DNA of 64,000 nucleotides from Vicugna vicugna (taxonomy: Eukaryota): contig MU061578.1 in assembly GCA_013265495.1 (NCBI GenBank), positions 2,179,308 to 2,243,307 of the forward strand, given 5' to 3'. Positions 63,961 through 64,000 of this stretch are shown one piece after another. Below the pieces are notes generated by a model. The model was not told where the DNA came from. It saw only the letters and a list, made by a program, of their open reading frames with translations, and made no database searches. A program made the position numbers and the translations under genes. The number at the start of each line of letters is the position of its first letter. The stretch's first letter is position 1.

Positions 63961-64000
63961 GCTGCTGCTAAACTGATACTATTAAATTCCCAATAGTAAG

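Noticed and set aside
1..64000. CRISPR array, operon-like or other novel multi-gene system; host gene identity
   Set aside because: No regularly spaced direct repeats or credible coding genes were seen; the locus cannot be named without an alignment search

Overview
This is mammalian, very likely camelid, non-coding genomic DNA. Two tRNA-derived SINEs resemble the camelid Vic-1 family, and there is a cetartiodactyl-type L1 3' end. I find no credible protein-coding exon, RNA gene, CRISPR array or prokaryote-style system. The only ORF with recognisable homology is a decayed L1 ORF2 C-terminus. The window looks like a GC-moderate intron or gene desert packed with old repeats: MIR, L2, L3/CR1, MLT1, LTR16/LTR33, hAT MERs and L1M. 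It also holds two ERV1-class solo LTRs with intact target-site duplications (TSDs), one of them MER41-like. Several repeat-free, homeodomain-motif-rich blocks resemble developmental enhancers, and there is a CpG-rich patch near 40 kb. The most unusual sequence-level signal is a 75-bp inverted repeat with 71/75 identity (27479-27553 and 28293-28367), copied from an ancient L3 fragment. I found no evidence for a new biological system. Repeat family names come from my recall of consensus sequences, not from a search. Boundaries without a TSD are approximate, and I could not identify the locus.
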